From: Candidatus Heimdallarchaeota archaeon
Lineage (GTDB): Archaea; Asgardarchaeota; Heimdallarchaeia; JABLTI01
Length of the DNA stretch: 64,000 bases
Assembly (NCBI GenBank): GCA_018238155.1
Contig: JABCTZ010000046.1
Coordinates: 192,001-256,000 of the forward strand
Direction of reading: 5' to 3'
The translations under genes were made by a program, and so were the position numbers. Positions 9,111 through 18,544 of the stretch are shown piece after piece; positions within the stretch are counted from its first letter, which is position 1, and every line of letters starts with the position of its first letter. The notes under the pieces are model-generated. The model saw only the letters and a list, made by a program, of their open reading frames with translations, did no database searches and was not told the origin of the DNA.

Positions 9111-9941
9111 GTGATTTTAATGAATTTAGAATTGAAAGATAAAATAGTATTAATTACTGGTGCTACTGGTGGAATAGGGGAAGCTTCTGCGAGGTTATTT
9201 GCTAAGGAAGGAGCAGATGTCATTATTCATTATCATAAAAATAGAGAGAATGCTGAGAAGTTGACTTTAGAATTTGGGGAAGAAACTCTAGCCATTCAAG
9301 CAGACCTTGCTGATGAACATCAAGTTGTAGCTATGTTTAAGTCAATTAAAGAGAAAAAAGGCAGAATTGATATCCTAATTTGTAATGCTGGGATTTGGCC
9401 TGAAGAATATATTGAAATTGAAAAAATGTCCTTTAGCCGGTGGAGAAAAACGTTATCTGTTGATCTTGATAGTGTATTCCTCTGTTGCCGTTCTTTTGTT
9501 CAACAGTTAAGAGAATTCAATGGAGATTCTGCTAGTATCATTATTGTAGGTTCTACAGCAGGAGTTTTCGGAGAAGCAGGGCATGCGGATTACGCATCAG
9601 CAAAATCGGCAATTAGTTATGGTTTTACAAAAAGCCTGAAGAATGAGATTATTCAAGTTGCACCTCTTGCTCGTGTAAATGCTGTTTGTCCTGGTTGGAC
9701 TGTATCACCTATGACTAAAAAGTATCTAGACGATGAGAATGAAGTTACGCATGTTCTAAAAACTGTTCCATTAAAGAAACTTGGCGAGTCAGAAGATGTT
9801 GCTCATATGATTGTTATTTTGGCATCAGATAAAGCTTCAGGGCATATTAATGGTGAAGTAATAACTATTGCAGGAGGAATGGAAGGCAGATCTTTACATC
9901 TTCCTGAGGAAATTGATTTCAAAAAAGCGTTCAAAAGATAA
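9111..9941 (+). CDS. Short-chain dehydrogenase/reductase (start may be 9120)
   Basis: TGATGGIG, CNAG, YASAK catalytic motif, NAVCPG. Confidence 0.93.
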   Translation: MILMNLELKDKIVLITGATGGIGEASARLFAKEGADVIIHYHKNRENAEKLTLEFGEETLAIQADLADEHQVVAMFKSIKEKKGRIDILICNAGIWPEEYIEIEKMSFSRWRKTLSVDLDSVFLCCRSFVQQLREFNGDSASIIIVGSTAGVFGEAGHADYASAKSAISYGFTKSLKNEIIQVAPLARVNAVCPGWTVSPMTKKYLDDENEVTHVLKTVPLKKLGESEDVAHMIVILASDKASGHINGEVITIAGGMEGRSLHLPEEIDFKKAFKR

Positions 9942-10017
9942 CTAGCTTGTGTTTCAAATAAAAAAAAAGATGAAGGAAAGCTTTAACCTCTAATGCTAGA
10001 GGATAGAGCATTCTTAC

Positions 10018-13000
10018 TTACTCTTCTTCACTCGAGATAGAGGGTTTTATGTCATCAGCTTTTAAATGTCTTTGACAAACCGGACAAGAGCCTTTCACTT
10101 TTATCCACTCAAATAAATGCTCATTATGAGCAACATTTTCACAGTGGGGACATTTTGCAGTATCTACACCAAAACTAATTGGTAATTTACAAACTGAACA
10201 TTTTACCGTTTCTATACCGCAATTGGGGCATAAATCCTCTCCAAAAGCTTTTTCGACTCCACATGAAAAACATCGAATAAGTCTTCTGTCTAATCGTTCT
10301 TTTATGACCTCTTGAGCTGCAGGTATTACCATTTCTTTTGGTTGTACACCCAAACCAATGAGGTGAGTTATTTCTTTGATTATTCTATTCTTGTAGAAAT
10401 CTGGTGCGTATTGATAGGCATATTGTAGATGTGTTAATGAATTTTGTAGATCTTCTGAATCTTTGTAAGCTAGACCAAGATCTTCTGCTACAAAATAGAG
10501 CGGTATGGTCATTTCAATTCCCAATATTCGTCTACTTTGTTCACTTAAACCATTTAATATTTGAAATTCGTTTAGAAGTGCAGCAGCTTTCTTTTCTTTG
10601 TTTTTCATTTTACGTGCATCAACAATTCTATTTAGGGGGTCTAATATCCAATCTACAATATCTAACCATTGCTCATTCTTTAACACTACAAGTGATTCTT
10701 TTGCCTTTTGCCAAAATGTCAATGTATCGAAGAATTTTCCTTCCCAAGCTAGATTTTGCCCTTGGAGTAGTAAATCTCGAGCACGGTATCCATGGAATAA
10801 TTCTAATTTTTCAGGTTGATATTCTTCACTTATTTTAATACCCATTTCCCAATTTCCTGTTGCAGAGTACTCTTTTATTAAATTATCAATTGCCTTTGAT
10901 TTGAACCAAGGTAAATCCATTACTAATGGTTCATCATCAGTAAATTGTTTTCTAATTCTTTCCTTATTCACCTTATATGTAATAACCAAAAAGGCAAAGA
11001 ATAATACAACTACAACCGCTAGCATTATCCAAAGACTGTTCAATAAATCGACGGGTAAAATATGAAAGTTTGTTTTTACTTGCACTGTTGTTGTGAATTG
11101 ATAGGTTCCCACATTTGTAATCAGGGTTATTGTTATTAGTTCAGAATAAGTTTCTTCACTATAATTGTTTGTGAGGTTTATGTTCAAATTATAAGAAGAA
11201 TTGCTTGTTGAATTAATAGTGTAATTATATGTATTTGAACTTCCAGATATATCTGCCTCTATGGTAACATTAACATCAATCTCGATTTCTAATTGATTGG
11301 TAATATCTAATTGAATTGTTTGAGTAGTATTTTCCTCCTTTCTTAAAACAATTGGATCAGGTGGAAAAGTAGTTACAAATTCAGGTAAAGCAGTTATAGT
11401 CATCGTAAATGAATGCTCATCAATAACAATATCATCCATTAGAACTTGTATAACAATGTCATCATTCGTTACGTCTTCATCAAAACCAGTTAAATTTAGA
11501 ATTATCTGATTTGGTACTTCAGTTATTGTTTGATTTATTTCAGGATGGTTTTCTAGAAATGTTTTTACTGTAAAATCATCTCTTAATCGAACATTTCCAA
11601 GCAAATCATATATTTCAATTTGAACTTTATTTGCTTCATTCTTTATGAGAAAATGTGAATTTGCTGAGACTCTCATTGGAACATATTGGGACAAGTAAAA
11701 TTCAATATAATGATCTCCTTCACTGTCGTATCCTAACCAAGAGCCAATGTTGGCATAATCCAGGTTCAAGGATGCACAGGATTTTATCCTATAGGTACTT
11801 GATTGTCCTGAAGCAATTTCTTGTGAATCATTACTTGATATTACAGAATAATGGCTTCGAGTTAAACCCAGTAAGTCATATGTAGTCAAAATAATCTCAT
11901 CACTATCATCCAAGTCAATATCAGAAATTAGCCCATCAAATGACCATCCTGGAGATAAATCGAGAGACTTTATTGTGGGAGACCCAAATGTACCAGATTG
12001 ATAACTTACTGTTACACATGAAGGATAACTAAATGCACCAATATAATGAACACCAAATAATACAATACCGGGATTTTCACTTTCGGCAATATGATATAAT
12101 TTCATATTATAAGTCCTAAATGTTTCTGAACCAAAATTCATTTGAAAAGTAGACTCAAATACATATTCCCTGGTATCATTCTTAATTATTGAAATTCCTA
12201 TTACAAATGATTCTATGGATGTTGAATTTACTCCAGAGATTATAAAATTTAAAGTATCATATTCTTCGATATAATCCATTTTAAATTCTTCTAAATCATT
12301 TGCATCCCATTCCAATATCTGAGATAATTCATATTCATTACTCGTCTGATTATACTCATATTCTGCTAAAAGATAATAATCAGTGTTGGTTGTATTTTCC
12401 CCTATGACATAGATTTCGAAGAAATCATCACTATTCACATCAAAAACAATAAATTGATCAAGAGATCCAAATATTGATGCGTTAATAGCGATTGTAGCAT
12501 TTAAAGAGAAATATCCAGCATTGATTTCTAAAATATCTATCTCAAATCTATTTGATGTTGTTATTTCTTTCAAAGCAAAGACTGTTGGATTCTGGCGTGT
12601 ACTATCAAAGCTGGTATTGATTGATTGGCAATTCAAGTACTCTGTTTCAGCTAAAGAAGTATTGAGATATATATCAGATACAAAGGGTTCCGGATTCGCA
12701 ATAATTGTATCATCGAATTCTATTAACTGAAGCAATCCATGTTTGTGGTTCGTCTGGTTTTCAATTGATCCTACTGTAACATACCCTCCATCAAAACTAT
12801 TGCTAAAATCAATTGATTTAATCTCATTCATTAGATGAGAATCATTAAAACTTAAATCAGAAGTTTTTTGTAATAAATAATCTAGCTCTGTATCTTGATA
12901 TATTTCATAACTATAACTTTCAATTAGATTAGGATCTCTCAAAGAGAACTCTTGTCTCAAATTGTTAGTAACAGCGAATGCTATTGCTAACGAACTCAAT

Positions 13001-13056
13001 ATCAAAGACGAAATTACTAAATAACTTATGAGAATCTTTTTCACTAAATCACCCAC
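10018..13056 (-). CDS. Type I membrane receptor-like protein: propeller/Ig-like ectodomain, TM, helical/TPR-like region, zinc ribbon and C-terminal RING (putative E3 ligase)
   Basis: Signal peptide; FG-GAP-like loops DVNSDDFFEI and DIDLDDSDEI; Ig-like Thr/Asn-rich beta domains; TM LWIMLAVVVVLFFAFLVITY; CFSC..CPNC; CSVC-x12-CPHC-x4-H-x2-H-xxxW-x6-CPVC. Confidence 0.8.
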   Translation of the reverse strand: MGDLVKKILISYLVISSLILSSLAIAFAVTNNLRQEFSLRDPNLIESYSYEIYQDTELDYLLQKTSDLSFNDSHLMNEIKSIDFSNSFDGGYVTVGSIENQTNHKHGLLQLIEFDDTIIANPEPFVSDIYLNTSLAETEYLNCQSINTSFDSTRQNPTVFALKEITTSNRFEIDILEINAGYFSLNATIAINASIFGSLDQFIVFDVNSDDFFEIYVIGENTTNTDYYLLAEYEYNQTSNEYELSQILEWDANDLEEFKMDYIEEYDTLNFIISGVNSTSIESFVIGISIIKNDTREYVFESTFQMNFGSETFRTYNMKLYHIAESENPGIVLFGVHYIGAFSYPSCVTVSYQSGTFGSPTIKSLDLSPGWSFDGLISDIDLDDSDEIILTTYDLLGLTRSHYSVISSNDSQEIASGQSSTYRIKSCASLNLDYANIGSWLGYDSEGDHYIEFYLSQYVPMRVSANSHFLIKNEANKVQIEIYDLLGNVRLRDDFTVKTFLENHPEINQTITEVPNQIILNLTGFDEDVTNDDIVIQVLMDDIVIDEHSFTMTITALPEFVTTFPPDPIVLRKEENTTQTIQLDITNQLEIEIDVNVTIEADISGSSNTYNYTINSTSNSSYNLNINLTNNYSEETYSELITITLITNVGTYQFTTTVQVKTNFHILPVDLLNSLWIMLAVVVVLFFAFLVITYKVNKERIRKQFTDDEPLVMDLPWFKSKAIDNLIKEYSATGNWEMGIKISEEYQPEKLELFHGYRARDLLLQGQNLAWEGKFFDTLTFWQKAKESLVVLKNEQWLDIVDWILDPLNRIVDARKMKNKEKKAAALLNEFQILNGLSEQSRRILGIEMTIPLYFVAEDLGLAYKDSEDLQNSLTHLQYAYQYAPDFYKNRIIKEITHLIGLGVQPKEMVIPAAQEVIKERLDRRLIRCFSCGVEKAFGEDLCPNCGIETVKCSVCKLPISFGVDTAKCPHCENVAHNEHLFEWIKVKGSCPVCQRHLKADDIKPSISSEEE

Positions 13057-13095
13057 TATAACTTTTATTATAATTCAATAATTCCAAAAAGGAAG

Positions 13096-15276
13096 CTAAT
13101 TAACTCCCTTTTTAGATTTTTTCCGTTTTCTTATAGAAACAAAAACGCCAATTATCATCAAAGATGTCAACAGTATGCCAAATGGAATTGGTGATAGTTG
13201 AGAGGCATAAGATCTATAATACGGATCGCCAACAGTTACTTCTTCAGGACCGTAGTATAGGGAAAATGCTCCAGAACGAACAATTTGTTCAACCCAAAAG
13301 AAATATTCACCATCGGTCAGTACAATATTCTCATATGTGCTAATTGTATCAATTAGAGTCCAATCGCTATCGAAAATAGTTACAGAAGCAACGAGTTCAG
13401 TATCGTAAGGCACAAGTGTAAAGAAACCACTTCCATCAGAAATTGCTATTTGTGCTTTGAATAATATTGTTCTTCTTAACTCTGAAATTATTGGTTTATT
13501 ATTTTCAAAGTATCCAAAAGTCAATATTTCATCTACTGAAGTCCATTTTACTTTGATAGATGAGCTGCTAGTATTCCCTTGAAGTGAAACCAAAAAGTTG
13601 TTGATATATGAAGTCTTGTTAATTCTAATGATTCTTTCTGTTGAAGTAGAGTATATTGTTGATACATCGAAATCACTAGCATCTAATTCAATACTTAGAC
13701 TTTGATCAGATTCAATCCAAAGATACCCAATGTCTGAATCTCTATTATAGCTTAAATAGGAATAAGTGTTATTGAAACTAAAGCTCAATCTCTTGGTTGA
13801 ATTATCCTTTATAAAAAGAAATTCAGTTATTGAATCCATAGATATAGGATAAACTGCAATAGTGATATTGAATATAATGGTCACACCAACATTGCTAAGA
13901 CCATCCATAGCCTCAATATAAAATGAAACTTTGTCTCCTTCTACAAGATTATCAAGAGTAGTATAATATGTATTATCTATTACATCTGTGAGTATCATAA
14001 AATGCCAAGTTGGACTATATGGTCCTGTAAGCGAATCGTAAGTATAGTACATATTTACTTGAGCTATTTCAGATATATCCATAACTGTAGCATATATTTC
14101 TAATTCATAATCATTGTTTACAATATTGTTTGCTATTGTTGAAACTGTTATGGATGGCGGTGCAAGATCTATAATGATCTCTTTCGTCAATTCAGAAAAA
14201 TGATACTCATCCCCTGTTCCAGTGTTTTCAGTCCAAGAGATATTGACATTAAGATCGACAAAATACTCTCTAACCAATTCCAATGTCCAGCCCTCTATCA
14301 ATTCAGGCAAGTCAATAGGATCAGTTCCAGATTGAATATCTTCCAAGTACACACATTCACCTTCAGTGTGATCAGCAATCCATTGAAATTGGTTTTCAAC
14401 TATGCCACTTATACCTGTGATTACAGAATTGATTATCACATCCTTCTCCTTTAGAGAAGTTATAACATTCACCAATTGAGTTCCGTTATAATAATCAGCT
14501 GTTGAACCTAACCCAACGATATTCCCAGGATCACAATCTTCATCTCCAACAATAATTGCTAATTTTGGAACATCTTCACGCCAAGACCAACTATTAATTA
14601 CGGAAAAAGCATCACCCCAAGGTTCAACACCACCAGTGGCTGTCAATTCATCAATCAGATTTAATACTTCATTGTGATTGGTTGTTAATTGAACGTAATT
14701 ATTCACACTTGAGGCAGGATATTCACTATATTTATCCCAACCATAAACTATCATACCAATTCGTAATGAATTTATATTATCTGATAAGCTGTTTACAACT
14801 TCAGTAAATTTAGCTTTTATTGAACTGATTTCATCACTCATGGATCCACTTGCATCAAAAACCAAAACTACGTCTGCAGCATTTTCATCGTCAATTTGAG
14901 TCAAATTGAGAATTACTTCTACATTTATCGTAGAATTTTGGGTTGGAGAAATCAAAGCTACTTCTTGATAACTAGAGTATGTTGAAGAAAATTCTGAAAA
15001 TTCTCCATCAAGAGTAAAATTAACTTTTACATTGCTTACGGGGTTTGTACCTGTATTATCCAAATAAATCTCAGCTAATGCTCCATTGTGTCTGCCAATT
15101 GATGTTTGATTTAATGTAAAATCGATCTCCAAATCTTCAAAACTATCGGGGGTCAGATCAATAGTTTGAGGGGAATCTGGTTTTATTGCATCACCCATAG
15201 ACAGACTCACTATCAAGCTCATAATAACTAGAAATAAGGTTATTTTTTGTGTTGGCAAGAGTTTTTTCATCGTCAC
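13096..15276 (-). CDS. Membrane-anchored vWA (MIDAS) surface protein
   Basis: Signal peptide; DVVLVFDASGSMSDE; LRIGMIVY; TGGVEPW; WREDVPKLAIIVGDE; flanking Ig-like strands; C-terminal TM and RKRKK. Confidence 0.88.
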   Translation of the reverse strand: MTMKKLLPTQKITLFLVIMSLIVSLSMGDAIKPDSPQTIDLTPDSFEDLEIDFTLNQTSIGRHNGALAEIYLDNTGTNPVSNVKVNFTLDGEFSEFSSTYSSYQEVALISPTQNSTINVEVILNLTQIDDENAADVVLVFDASGSMSDEISSIKAKFTEVVNSLSDNINSLRIGMIVYGWDKYSEYPASSVNNYVQLTTNHNEVLNLIDELTATGGVEPWGDAFSVINSWSWREDVPKLAIIVGDEDCDPGNIVGLGSTADYYNGTQLVNVITSLKEKDVIINSVITGISGIVENQFQWIADHTEGECVYLEDIQSGTDPIDLPELIEGWTLELVREYFVDLNVNISWTENTGTGDEYHFSELTKEIIIDLAPPSITVSTIANNIVNNDYELEIYATVMDISEIAQVNMYYTYDSLTGPYSPTWHFMILTDVIDNTYYTTLDNLVEGDKVSFYIEAMDGLSNVGVTIIFNITIAVYPISMDSITEFLFIKDNSTKRLSFSFNNTYSYLSYNRDSDIGYLWIESDQSLSIELDASDFDVSTIYSTSTERIIRINKTSYINNFLVSLQGNTSSSSIKVKWTSVDEILTFGYFENNKPIISELRRTILFKAQIAISDGSGFFTLVPYDTELVASVTIFDSDWTLIDTISTYENIVLTDGEYFFWVEQIVRSGAFSLYYGPEEVTVGDPYYRSYASQLSPIPFGILLTSLMIIGVFVSIRKRKKSKKGVN

Positions 15277-15356
15277 TCGTTCCTTCCACTTTGAGATATG
15301 CTTTGATAATGAGCTACCTCCTTACATTCCTGTTTAACTTAATCATATTTCCTACT

Positions 15357-15407
15357 TGTGAACTAAATAGTTTTTTCTAACTGTTCACAAATTGTGACTG
15401 TTCAGTC
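15357..15407. promoter_or_regulatory. Putative operator upstream of the vWA/RING operon
   Basis: ACTGTTCA twice (15380-15387, 15397-15404), an inverted copy TGTGAAC at 15357, and GTTCAC-aaatt-GTGAC dyad. Confidence 0.45.
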
Positions 15408-15530
15408 GCCATTTTACTATTCAATCATTAGTTCTTTGAATCAATTTTATATTTAAAAGTTTGTAATCCAAAGATAAGAGGTATGTAAACCAAAGGAGTA
15501 TATATTAAGCCCTTTTTTTTCGACTTTTTA

Positions 15531-16634
15531 TCAAAAGGTAGGCATCATTTTGATTTCAATACCATTTATTGTAAAATATCTCTTCATTAGATTAGCGGTC
15601 ATACAAGAATGAATTGGAATAATAAAGAGAATATCACCAACTTCTATTTGTTTTTGAAATTCTTTTGACGCATGAACAAGTCCATGTTCTTGACTAATTG
15701 ATTTAACGTAGGCGTTTGCATTTATTTTTCCCCAACCGCTTTTCGTTGGTAAAGTAACCGCACCATAGGTTTTTTGGTTTTCATTTATTAGTAAATGTTC
15801 TTTTGATAAATGAATACCTCCTCCATAGACAATTATCTCTTCACGTTGAGGATGTAGAGCTACTATTGGACATGCCAATGCTACAGCAATTTGATCTTCT
15901 GAACAAGAGCCCAGTTCTAGTTGAGACAGGTCATAAAAAACAAAATTGCCAGGACGAATTTCATCAATACCTATAAAATCATTGATAATGCTACAACTTG
16001 GTGTGTCACCAATTGAGAGTTTTACAATGGAAAATCCTTGCAGTAACAATCTTTCTTGAATATTTTTTAATTTTAGAATGGTATCTTCATAAATTTCTTC
16101 TATCTCTTCTTTTGATTTAGTTGAGTATGTATTTCCAGAATGAACTAATAACCCCTCAAAAAGTAAATTCTTAGTAGATTTTACTGTACGAATTAGTTTG
16201 GAAAGTGTTCCTTCATCATTCCAATCAATACCTGTTCGATGATATCCTGCATCTGTTTTGATCCAGAGATTAATTTGTGATGTAATATTTTCTTTGAGAA
16301 ATTCGATTACATCCAACGATTCAACTAGTAGGTTCAAAGTAATTTTTTTAGCTAATTTATTTACTCGAGCAATTTGAAGAATGTTAAACGGAAAAGCAAT
16401 AGTAATATCTTTCCAACCATTTTCTTCGAAATACTCAGCCATATCTATTGAAGAAACAGCAATTTTTTCTACTCCAAATTCTCTAAACCATTCACCCACG
16501 ATTGCAGATTGATGTGTTTTGAAATGGGGACGAAAAGCAACTTTGCTCTTGTTTGCTTTTTCAACCATTTTCCGGATATTTTTCTTTACTCTTACTTCAT
16601 TAATTACTAGGGTTGGTTTCTCAACAAATAACAT
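15531..16634 (-). CDS. Fold-type III PLP enzyme (D-threonine aldolase / D-serine dehydratase family)
   Basis: RPHFKTH PLP lysine, HRTG, GDTP, EIRPGNFVFYD, SQEHG, PIHSC. Confidence 0.9.
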   Translation of the reverse strand: MLFVEKPTLVINEVRVKKNIRKMVEKANKSKVAFRPHFKTHQSAIVGEWFREFGVEKIAVSSIDMAEYFEENGWKDITIAFPFNILQIARVNKLAKKITLNLLVESLDVIEFLKENITSQINLWIKTDAGYHRTGIDWNDEGTLSKLIRTVKSTKNLLFEGLLVHSGNTYSTKSKEEIEEIYEDTILKLKNIQERLLLQGFSIVKLSIGDTPSCSIINDFIGIDEIRPGNFVFYDLSQLELGSCSEDQIAVALACPIVALHPQREEIIVYGGGIHLSKEHLLINENQKTYGAVTLPTKSGWGKINANAYVKSISQEHGLVHASKEFQKQIEVGDILFIIPIHSCMTANLMKRYFTINGIEIKMMPTF

Positions 16635-16728
16635 AATTACTGCACCTACAAATAATTGTCCTTAACGTTATTTTAACATTATTTATTAAAATATGAAATA
16701 AAAAAAAGAGGTTAAAGAAGAAATGAAA

Positions 16729-18336
16729 TTATTTCTTCTTCTTTTTATTGATAACCATAGTGACAATACTTACTGCTACAAGTGAAACGATCACTGAAAC
16801 GATTGATAGAGGTGAAGGAGCAGTTACTGTTACGGTGGTAGTAATATTTACTTCTTCTGGCTGTGTTATATTGAGAGCGTAAGTTAATACTGCATCTGGA
16901 TACCAAGCTTTTGTTGCAGTAACAGTTAGTGCTTGTTTTGTTTCTGCTGTTCCAACTACTACTTCATAAACACCATTTGCTAAGAAGGTAGCAGGATAGA
17001 CATACCCATTGTAATTAACGATAACAGTTGCATCATCTACAGGCAAGCCTGCAGCATCAAAGACGAAGTATTGTAGTGTACAAGTTGGAGACCCCATTTC
17101 TTCACTCTCTACATCAATGAATAGTTGCGGTGAAGCATACGGGAGATAAACATGGATGTTTTCTTTTATCAGCACTGGAACGTAGTAAATTATAGGAATG
17201 AAAACTGGAATAATTATTGGTATGAAGACAAATCGAATTGGTTGATTGATAATATTAACAACGATATCAATTATGAATATCAATTGTATAAACCAGAATT
17301 CAAAGTGGAAAATGAACGTTAATTCCCAAATAATTATCGAGACAAAGAGAAATATTATCTCAATATATTCATAGACAATTACTATTTGTGATTCATATAT
17401 TTTAATTTCGAAAGTATAATAGATGATTACTATTAATAGCTCAACGATTGAGATGTAGAGAATTATTGTTAAATCCCAAATTAGAATCACTAATCGTTCG
17501 ATTAAGAAACCAAAGAACCAAGTTATTGAAATATAATCAAAAATCAGTACAAGCATAAAGCTATTGATACAAATTGACACTCCAGCATAACCAATTGTTA
17601 CACTATTACCATCAAAATCAATAGCAATAATTAGATCAGCATATATTGGTACAGGTAGTGGACCGAGTGGGAATGGTCCGTCAAATATTGGAACCAGATA
17701 ATCTATGTGCAAATAGCCTGCTCCGCCATTGAAATTCACGATGATTATACCAGCTGGTGTAATTATATCCCAAGTAGTTTCATTTAAACGACTAATCACC
17801 AATCCAGTTGGTCCAACACCGTCATTTATGATTAGATATCCACCTATCATTTCAACTGTATTCGTTAAGTCTGCAACCAAAAAGTCACCAGAAGTAGAAT
17901 TGAAGCTTATTTCTATTGGCTCACTACCAAAGATAGTTGTATTCCACTCATCGTTATTTGGACCTGAGCTGCTCAATTCAAAAGCCATATCTGGCAAAAC
18001 AACTGTTAGATGTTGTCCATCAACACTTGTTTCGAAATCAACATCAAATACCATTTCATCTGCTTGAGGTGACAAGCTAGGATCTAGTTCTGTACATAAA
18101 ACACCGACATTTGTAGCATTGTGTTCTAGTTGTAATTCATAAGTACCATTTAATAAGATAGTAGTCAATTCAGGTGTTTGTTCAATGACTTCAATGGTAT
18201 TCCCATCGTAATCATAGGTAGCATTTGGTGACACAGAATCATCAAATGTTGGTGGTAAAGCTGCATTTCCAGAGAAAGCTGGTAAAAATGCAATAAGCGA
18301 AATAATAAGAATAGTATATATTATTCGTTTCGTCAA
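16729..18336 (-). CDS. Secreted, C-terminally anchored surface protein with an extremely hydrophobic beta-prone central region
   Basis: Signal peptide, acidic beta-rich N-domain, ~140-aa I/V/F/Y/W stretch, Ig-like domain, Thr linker, TM and KKKKK; SD GAGGAG. Confidence 0.85.
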   Translation of the reverse strand: MTKRIIYTILIISLIAFLPAFSGNAALPPTFDDSVSPNATYDYDGNTIEVIEQTPELTTILLNGTYELQLEHNATNVGVLCTELDPSLSPQADEMVFDVDFETSVDGQHLTVVLPDMAFELSSSGPNNDEWNTTIFGSEPIEISFNSTSGDFLVADLTNTVEMIGGYLIINDGVGPTGLVISRLNETTWDIITPAGIIIVNFNGGAGYLHIDYLVPIFDGPFPLGPLPVPIYADLIIAIDFDGNSVTIGYAGVSICINSFMLVLIFDYISITWFFGFLIERLVILIWDLTIILYISIVELLIVIIYYTFEIKIYESQIVIVYEYIEIIFLFVSIIIWELTFIFHFEFWFIQLIFIIDIVVNIINQPIRFVFIPIIIPVFIPIIYYVPVLIKENIHVYLPYASPQLFIDVESEEMGSPTCTLQYFVFDAAGLPVDDATVIVNYNGYVYPATFLANGVYEVVVGTAETKQALTVTATKAWYPDAVLTYALNITQPEEVNITTTVTVTAPSPLSIVSVIVSLVAVSIVTMVINKKKKK

Positions 18337-18544
18337 TTTTTTTTTCTCCTCAATATTTCATCAATTTAAATTTAGAGTTCAATTATCAATCGTTATAAAT
18401 AATGTACTTATCTTTTATTACTTTTACTTTATAGCACTCTCAAAATTTCATTAATGCATTGATAATTTAGTATAAATATACCTTTATTCTATAAAATAAG
18501 AAAATAAAAAGATCTTGAAGAATAAACCTCTCAGAGGTCGTAAA

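Noticed and set aside
10960-11040. Integrin GFFKR membrane-proximal motif
   Set aside because: The sequence is LFFAFLVITYKVNKER; the FF lies within the TM and does not match
10404-17729. Plus-strand ORFs inside the RING, vWA and surface-protein genes (10404, 10598, 11655, 12521, 14200, 17729)
   Set aside because: Fully antisense to long, well-supported CDSs
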